Assembly (NCBI GenBank): GCA_964016885.1
Contig: OZ024741.1
Span: forward strand, 171,058,001-171,122,000
Origin: Eledone cirrhosa
Taxonomy: Eukaryota
Length of the DNA stretch: 64,000 nucleotides
Direction of reading: 5' to 3'
Made by a program: the position numbers and the translations under genes. This document shows positions 49,249 to 62,501 of this stretch, piece by piece. Numbering within the stretch: position 1 is the first letter of the stretch; every line of letters begins with the position of its first letter. The notes beneath the pieces are model-generated. The model was not told where the DNA came from, made no database searches, and saw only the letters and a program-made list of their open reading frames with translations.

Positions 49249-51030
49249 GTGTAAGGAATTCTTTTACAATGGAATTAGCTCGAAAGGAAATATTCCTGAG
49301 CCGTGTATAAAAGTAATATATATGAGTAATATATATGTTGAAACAGATACCAACATATCTGTATTTATATTGCAAAAGAAAGTTAGCCAGACTGAAGAAT
49401 ATTAATTATTATACCACAGTTCGTCCACATCGATTTAAAATAATAATAATAATAAATCGACAAAAACTAGTTGTGCTGCCAAATGGCAATGATGTTTATA
49501 CATATTTAAATTTCAAAGTCAAACCTGTTCAGTAGATAAGTTTAAACCTCAAAATCCAAACATGTTTCGAGATGGATATAAGTGTAGGAATATCATGCCA
49601 CTGCTCTCCTCAGTAAACATCCAGAGACAATTGATAAGCTTCACTTCTAAATAATTTAAAAGACTGTGTGACGCACATGGGTTCACAGATTCAGGCTAGT
49701 CTCATAACCGTACTGCTAGAAATAACAGTCGTATATATGAGGCGAATTTTAGCTCGACGAAGAGCCGTTATATTAAGTGTAAGGAATTCTTTTACAATGG
49801 AATTAGCTCGAAAGGAAATATTCCTGAGCCGTGTATAAAAGTAATATATATGAGTAATATATATGTTGAAACAGATACCAACATATCTGTATTTATATTG
49901 CAAAAGAAAGTTAGCCAGACTGAAGAATATTAATTATTATACCACAGTTCGTCCACATCGATTTAAAATAATAATAATAATAAATCGACAAAAACTAGTT
50001 GTGCTGCCAAATGGCAATGATGTTTATACATATTTAAATTTCAAAGTCAAACCTGTTCAGTAGATAAGTTTAAACCTCAAAATCCAAACATGTTTCGAGA
50101 TGGATATAAGTGTAGGAATATCATGCCACTGCTCTCCTCAGTAAACATCCAGAGACAATTGATAAGCTTCACTTCTAAATAATTTAAAAGACTGTGTGAC
50201 GCACATGGGTTCACAGATTCAGGCTAGTCTCATAACCGTACTGCTAGAAATAACAGTCGTATATATGAGGCGAATTTTAGCTCGACGAAGAGCCGTTATA
50301 TTAAGTGTAAGGAATTCTTTTACAATGGAATTAGCTCGAAAGGAAATATTCCTGAGCCGTGTATAAAAGTAATATATATGAGTAATATATATGTTGAAAC
50401 AGATACCAACATATCTGTATTTATACTGGCTAACTTTCTTTTGCAATATAAATACAGATATGTTGGTATCTGTTTCAACATATATATTACTCATATATAT
50501 TACTTTTATACACGGCTCAGGAATATTTCCTTTCGAGCTAATTCCATTGTAAAAGAATTCCTTACACTTAATATAACGGCTCTTCGTCGAGCTAAAATTC
50601 GCCTCATATATACGACTGTTATTTCTAGCAGTACGGTTATGAGACTAGCCTGAATCTGTGAACCCATGTGCGTCACACAGTCTTTTAAATTATTTAGAAG
50701 TGAAGCTTATCAATTGTCTCTGGATGTTTACTGAGGAGAGCAGTGGCATGATATTCCTACACTTATATCCATCTCGAAACATGTTTGGATTTTGAGGTTT
50801 AAACTTATCTACTGAACAGGTTTGACTTTGAAATTTAAATATGTATAAACATCATTGCCATTTGGCAGCACAACTAGTTTTTGTCGATTTATTATTATTA
50901 TTATTTTAAATCGATGTGGACGAACTGTGGTATAATAATTAATATTCTTCAGTCTGGCTAACTTTCTTTTGCAATATAAATACAGATATGTTGGTATCTG
51001 TTTCAACATATATATTACTCATATATATTA

Positions 51031-51038
<8 letters not shown>
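49241..51038. repeat. 528-bp unit: ~2.2 direct copies followed by ~1.15 inverted copies, hammerhead-like core in each, (TA)n flanks
   Basis: tatattaagtgtaaggaattc at 49241, 49769 and 50297. Inversion junction at 50425/50426. Confidence 0.95.
50726..50790 (+). ncRNA. Hammerhead-like motif (also on the minus strand at ~49554-49618 and ~50082-50146)
   Basis: gttta CTGAGGA gag..tgg..cca.ctc GAAAC AT GTT tggat. Stem I is weak and G-U rich. Confidence 0.5.
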
Positions 51039-51066
<28 letters not shown>

Positions 51067-51865
51067 AAAACTTACATCAATCCCCTATAATTTAATTAGC
51101 TCAAGGAATGGATTCTGAGATCTTTATAAACCAACATATAGTGAGAAATACACATAGAGATATGTGTTTAATCATATATATATATATATATATATATATT
51201 TCGCTTGGAGGTTTTCTGAAATATATTCCACATGGGTGAACATTTAGGAAAATGCAATTGGAACCTTAACGAAGGTTTATTTATAAGTTTGCCGGTTTTT
51301 ATAAGTCTTTATATGTTTCACGATTTTCAAAAGAGAGATGGAGAGATGTGTAGCTATGCCACCTTCTAACTTGCATCTAACTGATGTTGGGAATTTTCAA
51401 TTATAACCGAAGAATGTTGCTCAGATTGCTATGTTTGAAGTACAATTTGATAAGTTGAGGGAGATCACGTAACTAGGCATCGAATCTTTGGTAATGTTGT
51501 GCCCAAATTCATGGTTCTTTTATCAGTTTTATGCCAAAAAAATTACTCAAGTTTAAAGTATAGGTTGATGGGCTGAGGTTCATCACGTGATCAAGAGTCA
51601 AATTTTATGGTACTTTCGCGCCAGAACACGGGAGTGTCGTACTTGAGTGAATATGTACTGTAGCAATTATATCTATTTTCGTGTGTTCAATAGACAAGGG
51701 AGTTGGTGCTGTCTTTTTGGTAAGCTCCAAAAATCAAAATTATAGGAATTTTGTTTATGATTCTATATGTCTAGCTAGTTTTATTTATTATTTGTGGGGG
51801 GGGGGGGGCTTCCTGCTATGCCCGAATAACAATAACAATAACAATTAAAATAACAATAATAATGG

Positions 51866-51992
51866 TTTCTTATATAGGCACAAGGCCAGCAATTTTTGAG
51901 GAAGGGAAGTCGATTAAAATCAACCCCATTGCGTCACTGGTACTTCTATTTATCGACCCCGTAAATGTCTGACGCTTTACTGATTCTGCCAA
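51866..51992 (-). mobile_element. Family A SINE fragment
   Basis: aggcacaaggccagcaat..ctggtact..tttatcgaccccgtaa. Confidence 0.75.
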
Positions 51993-52038
51993 GCCATCAA
52001 TGATCCAATAGGCAAAATGAACAAGAATTGTACATGAC

Positions 52039-52107
<69 letters not shown>

Positions 52108-52289
52108 ATATGTGCGATGGGTTGTTATGGTTCAGTCAATTCAATGAAGAAACCTTTCTTGAGTAGACTGCATTAATTCACGCTTGCATTCAGTCCCGAT
52201 CACCGCATGAATTATACCATTACGGTGCTTTCAATGTTTTTCCTGGCAGCTCAGTTGGCTGTCGTGGTGTTGTGCTCTTTATCCGGCCA

Positions 52290-52510
52290 CTAGTTGTTCA
52301 TGATGGCCCGAAGTTGCCTCTGATGGAAGGCCTCCAGTATCTTTATATCTTTCCTGCAGAACGTCCAGGGCTCGCAGCCATATAAAAGTGTGGGAAGTAC
52401 CACTGCTTTAAACACAATCAGCTTTCTTTCCCTTTTTAAATCTCTGTTCTGGAAGAGCCTCTTCTTAAGTCGCCCAAACGTAGTACTTGCTGCCTGGATC
52501 CTGGTGTCTT
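52290..52510 (-). mobile_element. RTE-like LINE fragment
   Basis: RIQAAS..FGRL..KLIVFKAVVLPTLLYGCE.W..LEAFHQRQLRAIM. Confidence 0.82.
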
Positions 52511-52616
52511 TGAATGATGGTAGTAAGACTGTTATAGAACACAAAATCCCGAATTCTGCCGCAGTGAACTTGGTGATTGAAGACCGAGGTTATTTGTTTA
52601 TCATTTCCTTCAATGG

Positions 52617-52678
<62 letters not shown>

Positions 52679-52681
52679 CAC

Positions 52682-52730
<49 letters not shown>

Positions 52731-53054
52731 CATATATATATAGTGTGTGTGTAGGAATGCGTGTAATATAGTATCTCAAATTGATTGTTGGTTAATCAAG
52801 CAATACAATATTATCTTATACAATATTATCTCGTTTTTCAAGGTAGTAAGACGTAATCTGAGTGTAATTTGTTGCTATTTCTAGCAGATCAATCAAACAC
52901 TTGGTGGTTTCCTTATTGGCTTCAGTGCCAATGAGGGACATAGTATGAGGTCAGTGTTGACGGATTGAAATGCGACAAGCCTTCATTGAATTGATGAACG
53001 ATTAAAAGTGCTCCAGCTGTGATTACACTGTTTTGTTTCCATTAATTTATTCTG

Positions 53055-53240
53055 GTGATTGGCAGTATCGGTAGAGGGTCGGACGCCATGCTTTCTAGCA
53101 TAGAGTTACGTGTCTTTAGGGACTGAGTTCAAATCCATCCAAGGTTAACTTTGCCTTTCATCCTTACTGGGTCGATAAAATAAAATACCAGTAATACACT
53201 GGGTAATAGCTGGCCTTGTGCCAAAAAATAGAAACAATTT
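53055..53240 (+). mobile_element. Family A SINE
   Basis: A-box tggcagtatcggtag, B-box gagttcaaatcc, central domain and tail. Confidence 0.87.
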
Positions 53241-53329
53241 ATGCCGGAGATATATTATAACAACTGTTACATTATCTGAAGTATTTCTTTCATTTTCAAG
53301 ACAGTAGGGTGTCTCAGGTAATATTCATT

Positions 53330-53762
53330 TCAAGCAGAAAGTCTTCTTCTTTTCTTCATCATCCATTTATTCCTGGGAGGTTTATGGCGGCAGTGTTCCC
53401 AAGCACGCCTTTCAGCGGATCCTATCAGAAGCAACCTTCTCCAATTGATCCGATTGGATCTCCAAGTGACACCAGCCGAGCTCATGGACGTTATCCAAAC
53501 ATCTTGCTCAGGGTTCATCCTTTGGTCTGCTCTCGGTTGATTCTGCCCGCAAAATCTATCCAGCCATTTTTGCTGAGACATTCTAACATATATGCCCGTA
53601 GTATCGGATCTGTGACGACTCAATTTGGAGACGTAGCGGCTATACCTGGAGCGATTCTCTGATCTCCGAACTATGCAATTTATCGAGAAACGTTACTCCA
53701 AAGACCCTTCCGAGGAACCCATTTTGGTTGCTTTTATTCGCGATCATATTCTTTTGGTCATT
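53330..53762 (-). mobile_element. Decayed RTE-like LINE 3' fragment
   Basis: RIKA.KMGS.GR, ..HVRMSQ.K, R..W and aagaagaaga tail remnants. Confidence 0.5.
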
Positions 53763-53775
53763 ATAGTAGAAGGTA

Positions 53776-54031
53776 GGGCGGATGGGCTGGTTGTATCGGT
53801 AGAGGGTCGGACGTCATGCTCTGAGTTCAAATCCCGCCGAAGTTAACTTTGCCTTTCGTCCTTACATGCTTGATAAAATAAAGTACCAGTAATACACTGG
53901 GTTGATTTAATCGGCCTTCCCCTCCCCCAAAATTGCTGGCCTTGTGCTTATATGAGAAACCTTTATAGTAGTAGGTCGAACAATCAAACACAGGGATTTT
54001 TAGTGTCCCCTCACTAGTTAAATGTGATGTC

Positions 54032-54085
<54 letters not shown>

Positions 54086-54810
54086 GTCTGCTTGTGTATT
54101 TGTCTATGTGTATCAGTATGTGCCCGCACATGTGTGTATGCGAGTGTGTGTGTTTATTTCATTCTCAACTAAGTAGCAAGAAAATTCATAAGATTGTAAT
54201 TTGTGTTCCAGAAAGATATAATAATTGTTTCTACTATTATCTCAGTGTATTACTGGTACTGTATTTTATCGACCTCGTAAGGATGAAAGGCAAAGTTACC
54301 CTCGGTGGGATTTGAACTCAAACCCTAAAGGGCCGTAACTCTATGCTGCAAAGCATGGCGTCCGATTCTCTACCAATACTGCTAATCCACCGCTTTAATA
54401 ATGGCTTCTTATATAGGCACAAGGACAGCAATTTTGGGGGAGGAGAAAGTCGATTAAATCGACCTCAGTGCATTACTGGTACTTTATTTTATCGGCCCCG
54501 GTAAGGATGAAAGGCAAAATTAAACTCGGCGGGATTTGAACTCAGAATGAAAATGGCCGTAACTCTATGCGTCTACGCGTCAAAGCATGGCGTCCGCTTC
54601 TCTACCGATACTGCTAATAGAAAGAAATAATAATTGTTTCTACTTTAGGCAGCAATTACCCAGTGCATTACTGGTACTTTATTTTATCTACCCCGTAAGG
54701 ATGAAAGGCAAAGTCAACCTCGGCGGGATTTGAACTCAGATCGTAAAGGGACGTAACTATGCTGGAAAGCATGGCGTCCGACCCTCTACCAATACTGCCA
54801 ATCCACTGCC
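53776..54810. mobile_element. Family A SINE cluster (53776-53962 on +; three tandem copies at 54220-54810 on -)
   Basis: Consensus match as for the other family A copies. Confidence 0.85.
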
Positions 54811-54976
54811 ATAGAAAGAAATAATAATAAATACATCTCTGCAAAACAAACTTCTTTAATCAGTCACAATCTACTTTTGCCTTTATTTATTTACTCTTTT
54901 TACTAATTATAGTATTTTAATATTAAACTCTTACTTATTAAAACTGTGTTTTTATTTCTTTTTATCATCAACAAAA

Positions 54977-55043
<67 letters not shown>

Positions 55044-55131
55044 TCTGCCGCTACTGTTGCTGCTACTGCTACTACAACTATTATTATTACTACTACTACT
55101 ACTACAATGATACTGTAAAATGATTCTTTAC

Positions 55132-55203
55132 CATACTTTGAATCTTTCTCTGGAAATAACAGACCACACACTGATATTTCCAGGGAGAAAATCATTCTTT
55201 AAC
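55132..55203 (-). CDS. Candidate 72-nt host exon (phase 2-2), LKNDFLPGNISVWSVISRERFKV
   Basis: ttgtttacag acceptor, gtaaag donor and an open frame in unique-looking sequence. No homology recognised. Confidence 0.3.
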
Positions 55204-56619
55204 CTGTAAACAACAGACTAAGCTTCTCATGTCTGTATTTGTTTTTGTTTTGATTTATTCACTTAATTGATTTTTTTATATGCGTGTTTGGAGGAGTGGT
55301 GACACGAAGATTCAATCTAGCAACACTTGAAAGCTGAAAAAGCACTTTAACAGTAGTAATATTGATTTGTTTTGATTAGGCGCAAGGCTAAATTGCTTTG
55401 GTGGGGAGAGATAAGTAGCTGGTATATTCTATTTCAGCTATTTAACGCCAAACCAACATGATTTTTCTAAAAGTAGTGAAGTCTACACCTATACTTTGTG
55501 GGTAATCTCCAAATCGTTAATTTTATTAAGATATTAAATGATAGAGTATTTATCCATCTAAAATTTAAACACGTAATAACATTTTATTGAATTTTATTTA
55601 AAGAGATTTTATCTCGCGGAATACTAGAGTTCATCGGAACTAACTTTAAGAAAAACTGATCTATTGAATTAACTCCTATGGTACCTCGAGTAACATACTT
55701 TCAGCTACGAAGAAAGAGAAAGACAATAAATAATTTTCATTCGTCACTTTCTGCCAGCTCTCAACCCTCACTTTCCACACTACACAAATATTAATGCTTT
55801 CACATTGACACAAGTTTACGTATTCGTAGGAGTAGAGTATAGTTGACTGAATCTACTCCCATCCTTGAATAGATTTACATACGAGAGATTAAGATCTCTT
55901 CATAAGCGTAAGTTTTGGGCCTAGATTCTCATAGCAGACAACTTAGGTAAGTGTCTTTTACCATAGTGTGGGACGGCGCAAGTCATGTAAGCGAGACTAA
56001 GTTGACAGAACCGGAAAATATGTTGAAGATTCTCAGGTGGATTGTACCTGTAATTAAAAAGTCCAGCCTTGTCCCATAACGAACGACACTGATTCTCCAC
56101 AAGAACTTCGTTAAGGTCACACACATTCACACATTCACACATTCAACTATAGAGAATCCAGCACGCAAGTTTGTGGCACATTATGTCACTTACACCTTAT
56201 TTTAAGGACGTTCAGTTGTTTAAACAACTGAATACTCTTCGTTGAAGCTAACGAGGGACTGTAATCCTCATCATATTATCACTAATTTCCTGCTGCTCAT
56301 TTTTGTGTAAGTGTGTGTGGGGTGATGATGAACGAATGGGAATAAGAAAGTAGAACATTTGGAAGATTTGATCCCAGAACATATAGTGATCTAACTGAAT
56401 ACAATAAAATAATCTATGCTTCAACTTATACAGTGGAATACCTGCTTAATAATAAAATAATGTCAACGACCGATTTCTATAAAATAACGAATGAAAAACT
56501 AAAGTTAGGCATAATTACAATTTTGTCCAAACCCCGCCCCTGAATGTTCCCTCATTACCTAAAAATGCATATGTATATTAAAAAATTGTAGAGATAATAT
56601 TTTCATGGTGTAAATTTCA

Positions 56620-56713
56620 ATAATTGTTTCTACTTTAGGCACAAGACCAGCAATTATCCAGTGCATTACTGGTACTTTATTTTATCGACCCTGTAAGGAT
56701 GAAAGGCAAAGTA
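56620..56713 (-). mobile_element. Family A SINE 3' half
   Basis: Consensus match. Confidence 0.8.
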
Positions 56714-56962
56714 AATTTATTTGAATATATACATGTAGGTTTACTATGATTTTGTATATATACATGTAGGTTTACTATGATTTTGTTTATATATTCTAGG
56801 TGACGATGTAAAGTAAAATTGAGGAAATATAAAAAAAAACATATTGTCTTAATTAAATTGTTTTTAATATTGTCAACAATGTATAGTGCTTTCATTTGCT
56901 GAACACATTTCCTTTGCGTTTGCAGTAAGCTAAGAGTAAATCCGGAATTGTTTTCACCCTAC

Positions 56963-57053
56963 CTTGCAATTTCATGTTGATAAGGAATATCAATCAGGTT
57001 AATGTAATACAGCTTCTACGGGCATTCAAACTCATCTCTATGTCTCAGTATTT
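56963..57053 (-). other. Candidate 91-nt exon containing an in-frame TAG
   Basis: ttttttttcag acceptor and aag/gtaggg donor. Reads ILRHRDEFECP*KLYYINLIDIPYQHEIA. Confidence 0.25.
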
Positions 57054-57097
57054 CTGAAAAAAAAACATTTATTTTAGATGTCATCAGAATAAAGACC

Positions 57098-57416
57098 CGC
57101 TTCAGTCACGAATGACCATGGGATTTGCACCTAGAAAGTTTCACTCCGAGGCAAGGTTATTTAGGGAAGACCAGCAGTTTCCCATGCATACCAGGCTACT
57201 CTCTCCACGCCACCGATGTTGTCCAAGGGAAAGGCTATGGCCGATACAGCTTGACACCAGTGACGTTGGAACTTATTTCTCCAGCTGAGTAAACTGGAGA
57301 ACGGGAAATAAAGTGTCTTGCTCAAGGACACAATGCATCACCCGGTACGAGAATCAAACTCACAACCTTCCAATTCCTAGCCCAATGCTCTAACCTCTAA
57401 GCGATGTGCCTTCACC
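57098..57416 (-). mobile_element. tRNA-derived SINE (family B), near full length
   Basis: Minus strand reads gaaggcacatcgctt..gagtttgattc..ccttgagcaagacactttatttc..cagtttactcagctg. Confidence 0.75.
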
Positions 57417-57940
57417 GACATAAACGTAATCTAGACCTTTGTTTATGTTTGTAAATTTCATTAAAATATGCATTAAGAAAGTTGTCAGGAAACAAATGCG
57501 AAAGTATGCTAAACTGTAGATCTGCCGGTAACGAATGTTTACACGGATGCAATCACACAAATTTAATGTCGATGGGGAATTAATTGCTTTCTTTTGTTCA
57601 CACTGTTCTGTTAATAATGTGTATTAATTAAGGCAAAACAACAATAAATTGAAAGCGAACGTATTCTACATCTTTATGCTTGCAATTGATAAACTAAATA
57701 AAATATCATTATATTGTTCTTATTATATACATTTATTTTAATTTGATAGTTTGGATTTTCTTAATCTCTAAATGAATTATTTCTGTGTAGGTTTTCTGTA
57801 TTGATTTAGGGTAAGACACGAATTGTCCCCAACTACACATATCATATTTGATGTGGTAACGAATAAGATTGTAGAAGAAAATTAGATTCGTTACCAAAGG
57901 GTTAAATTTGTATTAAATGTGAACTTGTGTCAATGTGAAA

Positions 57941-58001
<61 letters not shown>

Positions 58002-58016
58002 GAGAGAGAGAGAGAG

Positions 58017-58060
<44 letters not shown>

Positions 58061-58072
58061 GTGTGTGTGGAT

Positions 58073-58166
58073 GAACAATGATCTGGTTGTTTAACCAACC
58101 AACCGGAAATTTATTATAAATTGAAGTGAAAACAAACAGGTGCGTGTGTTTTATTGTATAACAATA
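58073..58166 (+). mobile_element. Decayed 3'-end fragment of the 7805-13974 PLE family
   Basis: atctggttgt..aaccaaccaaccggaaattt..aattgaagtgaaa..ggtgcgtgtgttt..gtataacaata. Confidence 0.7.
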
Positions 58167-58251
58167 TCTTTTTCAACGCTCACACATTTTCCGATGAGAA
58201 ACCTTGTGAACCAAATTCAATATATATAAATACATACATACACACACACAA

Positions 58252-58327
<76 letters not shown>

Positions 58328-58734
58328 TACGACTACTAAAACTATGTGACTGCTTGATTGCTTGCTTGTCTGTAATGTAATACAGCAAAAAAAAAAGGGT
58401 GCATACTTTGAAAGGAAGTTGACCCTGAAATGGGAATACAAATGGAATAAAACAAGTTTCAGGTAAGTCGGAGCACGGGTTCCGGAGACACGAGGTTTTT
58501 CCGGGTACATTTATAAATAGAAAGAGAGAAGATTAGAGAGAAAGTGATGGTGGTTTTAAGATTGAAAGAGATAAATACATGGAGAGAGGAGACAGAGAAG
58601 GAAAATGGAAGAGAGGGAGAGAGGGAGAGAGGGGGGGCTGGTGGTGTTGTTGAATGAAATTATAACCGGTGACGTCAAAGAAAACGAATAGAGCATTACT
58701 GTATCCTACTAAATAGAAAGCGTTTCTATATGTG

Positions 58735-59041
58735 TGACGGCATGTATATGTGTAGGTATGTATATTTCCTCTAATAATTTGTAATATTTTTACATAGATC
58801 TATATAATATACATACCAACACACATATAAATCCGAGAAACGATCGTAAAATGAAGATCTTTTTAATATAAGGAACTTGTTCTTTGTTTTTATTTCATTG
58901 TTTTTATTAATTTATCTTGACTCTGTTTTCCTATGATTTTTATCGAAAATTTTTGAATGCATCTTCTCTTTTCATGATATTTGGATTACATTGAGTTCTT
59001 CATACGAATTGGACACTACTGTATATTTTGGTAGATTTATC

Positions 59042-59043
<2 letters not shown>
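58735..59043 (+). mobile_element. Family Y PLE pLTR including the 3' tail, ending in (TA)n
   Basis: Joins the 22938-23114 homolog directly to the 28620-28764 homolog. Confidence 0.82.
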
Positions 59044-59114
<71 letters not shown>

Positions 59115-59189
59115 GGGGGGGGGGTTATGTGTACGTGTGTCTGTGACGGTGTATATAGGTCAAAGACACCCGCATATATATATATAATA

Positions 59190-59730
59190 TAATTGGTGCT
59201 CTGAAATAGCTATATATATATATGAATGTATATATAGTGTATTTTGCAATACACTGTATACTTAATTAAAAGCATTTCGAAAACCTTATGCTATTGTTTT
59301 AGAGTAGTGACAGACTCACTTACTTTAATTTTCAGTAAACAAGGGGAGATAAAGCTGACAAGGCCCTGTTTCGCATTTATTGATGCTTATCAAAGCCAAC
59401 TACTCCTCCTGTTTGCTGAAATCATGGATGTTTGGTTCTTATAGAATTCTAGTAAATAACCGCTCTGTATAATCAGTTCCTGATTATTTACTAGAATTAT
59501 ATAAGAACCAAACATCCATGATTTCAGCAAACAGGGGGAGTAGTTGGCCTTGATAATCATCAATAAATGCGAAACAGGGCCTTGTCAGCTTTATCTCCCT
59601 TTGTTTGCTGAAAATTAAAGTAAGTGAGTCTGTCACTATTCTAAAACAATAGCATAAGGTCTTCGAAATGCTTTTAATTAAGCATACAGTGTATTACAAA
59701 ATACACTATATATACATTCATACATATATA
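59190..59730. repeat. ~510-bp fold-back of the 15680-16252 family, tail on the left only
   Basis: Arms at ~59217-59458 and ~59487-59728 with scattered mismatches. cgctctgtataatcag.tcctgatt lies in the loop. Degenerate core ttgataa..gcgaaac near 59550. Confidence 0.9.
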
Positions 59731-60364
59731 TGGGCCTTCCAATTTTATTTTACATTATATAGATGTCTATGTATATTTTAATTATTTAAAAGTTATTTTT
59801 AAGTGAACGTGACCCAATGGGTAACAGGTGGTCTGGTATATATATAAAAGTGCTCGAGCAGCCGAAATGTATATTAATGTTTTATCTGTATAAATTAAGC
59901 GTGTTTAACTGAGACTGCAGCAATGTGTATAAATAAATAAATGCTAATTTGTACGTCCATTTCAAAATAATACTATAAGCGAATCAGTATATATACGCAT
60001 CATATGCATATTTCATTCTAGTTGAGGAGAGGCTCAAATGGATTCAATATGTCTATCATTCTTTTTAATTTAGAGGGAAATTCGTTGGTGCAGTCCCGGT
60101 TACACACTGTGTATTTATACAGATATGATTTTAATACATATATAATATATATATATATATGAATAAACATTATGTCTCCGATCGAGACAAAGCAAAAGTG
60201 TGGTTAAATTCATATAAATATGAGAAAACCTATCGCTAGAACAGCTGTTAATACAGCCAAATGCTGTCAATGACAGCGATGGGCAAAATGCCTCAGGGGA
60301 AAGAGACCAGTGGCCAGTGGTCGACAAGGAGACAATCGAGGTGGGGGATGACAGGCATATGAAA

Positions 60365-61328
60365 TGTAGAAAATATTGAGGAGGAGTAGGCGTTGTGCAG
60401 CACTCAATTTCCTGCAATGAATATTCGGGGAAGCTGAACCCGTTTTGGAAGTCGTTCCAAGACATCTTTGTTGAAGGTGCAATTAACTATTTATTCTGGT
60501 AGTAAAAATTCTTTGTAACGAATACGACGGCTGTCTCTAAAAATGATAATCATCGTTTTCACTCAGGATCTGCTGGTACATGCTTTCTTCCGACATGGAA
60601 CATTTTTCAGCTTCCACGCCTCACATTGCTATTTTGTATCTGGATCGTACTCGAAAACTCATGATTTATCTTCTCTTATTACTTCATCCAAGAAATCTGG
60701 CTCAATTTCAAAGTTTTCAAGCAAATTCTGACAAATATCGATTGGGTTCTCTTGGTGCTTCACAAACAAGTGTTTGCAGAATTTTTCGCATATGCAATTA
60801 GCCTGTTAAAACTCTGTAAAATGCATCTTTATCCAAGCCTGTTTCTTCTGCAATCATCCTAACACTTAATCGTGGATCTTTCACCACCACCCCTAGCACC
60901 GCTTCCATATATATTTTTTCATTTGTTGACGAGTTTGGCCTTCCAAACGAAGTTTGTCTTCAACATATTTTCGGCTCTATTTGAAAGCCTTTTGCTACGT
61001 AAAAGCCCTACTTGGCAATAGAGTGGCATGTCTATAATCTTCCTTTAAAGAATTAAATGTTTCGGTCTCATATTAGTAGAGTTTCGAACACAATTAGGTC
61101 GAGAATCATTGTTCTATATTTTCCTGCATCGCAAATGTAAGAAAGGGTATAATCACGCCTGTATATAGACATCAATAACTCACGGCTAACTCGATCGATC
61201 ATGTTGAAACACGTATGCATGCTCCGCCAAATTCATGACTGTCAAGCCTTTATAGATCGAGAAAGTGCCGCGTAAACATGTCGTATATAAGAAAATGTGT
61301 ACCATTACTTTTAGGACAAACATCGTGT
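60365..61328 (-). mobile_element. Decayed mariner DNA transposon with one terminal inverted repeat
   Basis: TIR-like tacacgatgtttgtcctaaaagtaatggtac at 61297-61327 (-). Transposase remnants MQENIEQ, TETF, VED..R.GRP and DPRLSVRMIAEETGL. Confidence 0.75.
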
Positions 61329-61431
61329 ATATATATATATATATATATATTTATGTGTGTGTGTTTTTCCCGAGTTCAATCGGGGGTAAGGACAGTAAGT
61401 AGAAGTAAGGACAGTAAATATGTATATATAT

Positions 61432-61511
<80 letters not shown>

Positions 61512-61744
61512 ATTTATATATGTATTTATTCATGGGAGGAATTGTTGATAGAATAGTGTATTTTGATAACACGAACACTGAAGTACAATTATGGACACTG
61601 AAAACCTTCTCTTCATACGGGACCACGAACAAAACTAAAGTTATTATATGCGGACATATATATTTAGTAATAATAATTGTGAATACTACAATCCGAATAG
61701 GGCTCGATAATGAATATATATATAATATATATATATATATGCAA

Positions 61745-62062
61745 AAGTTTTATTTAAAATTGTTGGGTTACAACAAGTAAATATTTTATAACTGATATAA
61801 AGCACTCGACAAGTTTTGGGAGTAGATATACGATATTAAACAAATGGAGACTATATTTATAAAACCATATTTATTTCATTATACATATTTCAGGGATACC
61901 ATATTAAAAATATGGTACGTCAAAATTATTTATAAAACTATTTATATATTGTATTTTATCTGACGAAGGCATGCAATATTTTTAATATGGTATCCCTGAA
62001 ATATGTATAATGAAATAAATATAGTTTTATAAATATAGTCTCCATTTGTTTAATATCGTATA
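61745..62062. repeat. Short fold-back of family W, tail on the left
   Basis: Arms at 61828-61915 and 61975-62062. Homologous to 32940-33100 and 35360-35467. Confidence 0.88.
61953..62016 (+). ncRNA. Type I hammerhead ribozyme candidate
   Basis: ATTTTAT CTGACGA agg.atgc.atatt-ttt-aatat.gtat.cct GAAAT ATGT ATA ATGAAAT: 7-bp stem I, long stem II, AUA triplet. Confidence 0.7.
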
Positions 62063-62211
62063 TATGTATATATATATATATAAACCGGAGAGCAAATATT
62101 TATTAAATGTACAGATTAAAGTTTAAGCAAAAAGAGCTGCTTTCATCCTTTTACGGGTCAAATGTGAAGGCAGCGATTCTTTGCTTAATCTTTAATCTGC
62201 ACATATAATAA

Positions 62212-62269
<58 letters not shown>

Positions 62270-62468
62270 GATGTTTGTCCTAAAAGTAATGGTACACATT
62301 TTCCTATATACGAATTTATATATATATATATAAATTTATTATATGTGCAGATTAAAGATTAAGCAAAGAATCGCTGCTTTCACATTTGACCCGTAAAAGG
62401 ATGAAAGCAGCTATTTTTGCTTAAACTTTAATCTGTACATTTAATAAATATTTGCTCTCCGGTTTATA

Positions 62469-62501
<33 letters not shown>

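Noticed and set aside
55962-56047. Third candidate minus-strand exon (YNPPENLQHIFRFC...)
   Set aside because: It ends in phase 1, which would put a TAA immediately in the 55203 exon. It also has competing + strand donor-like sites and no recognisable homology.
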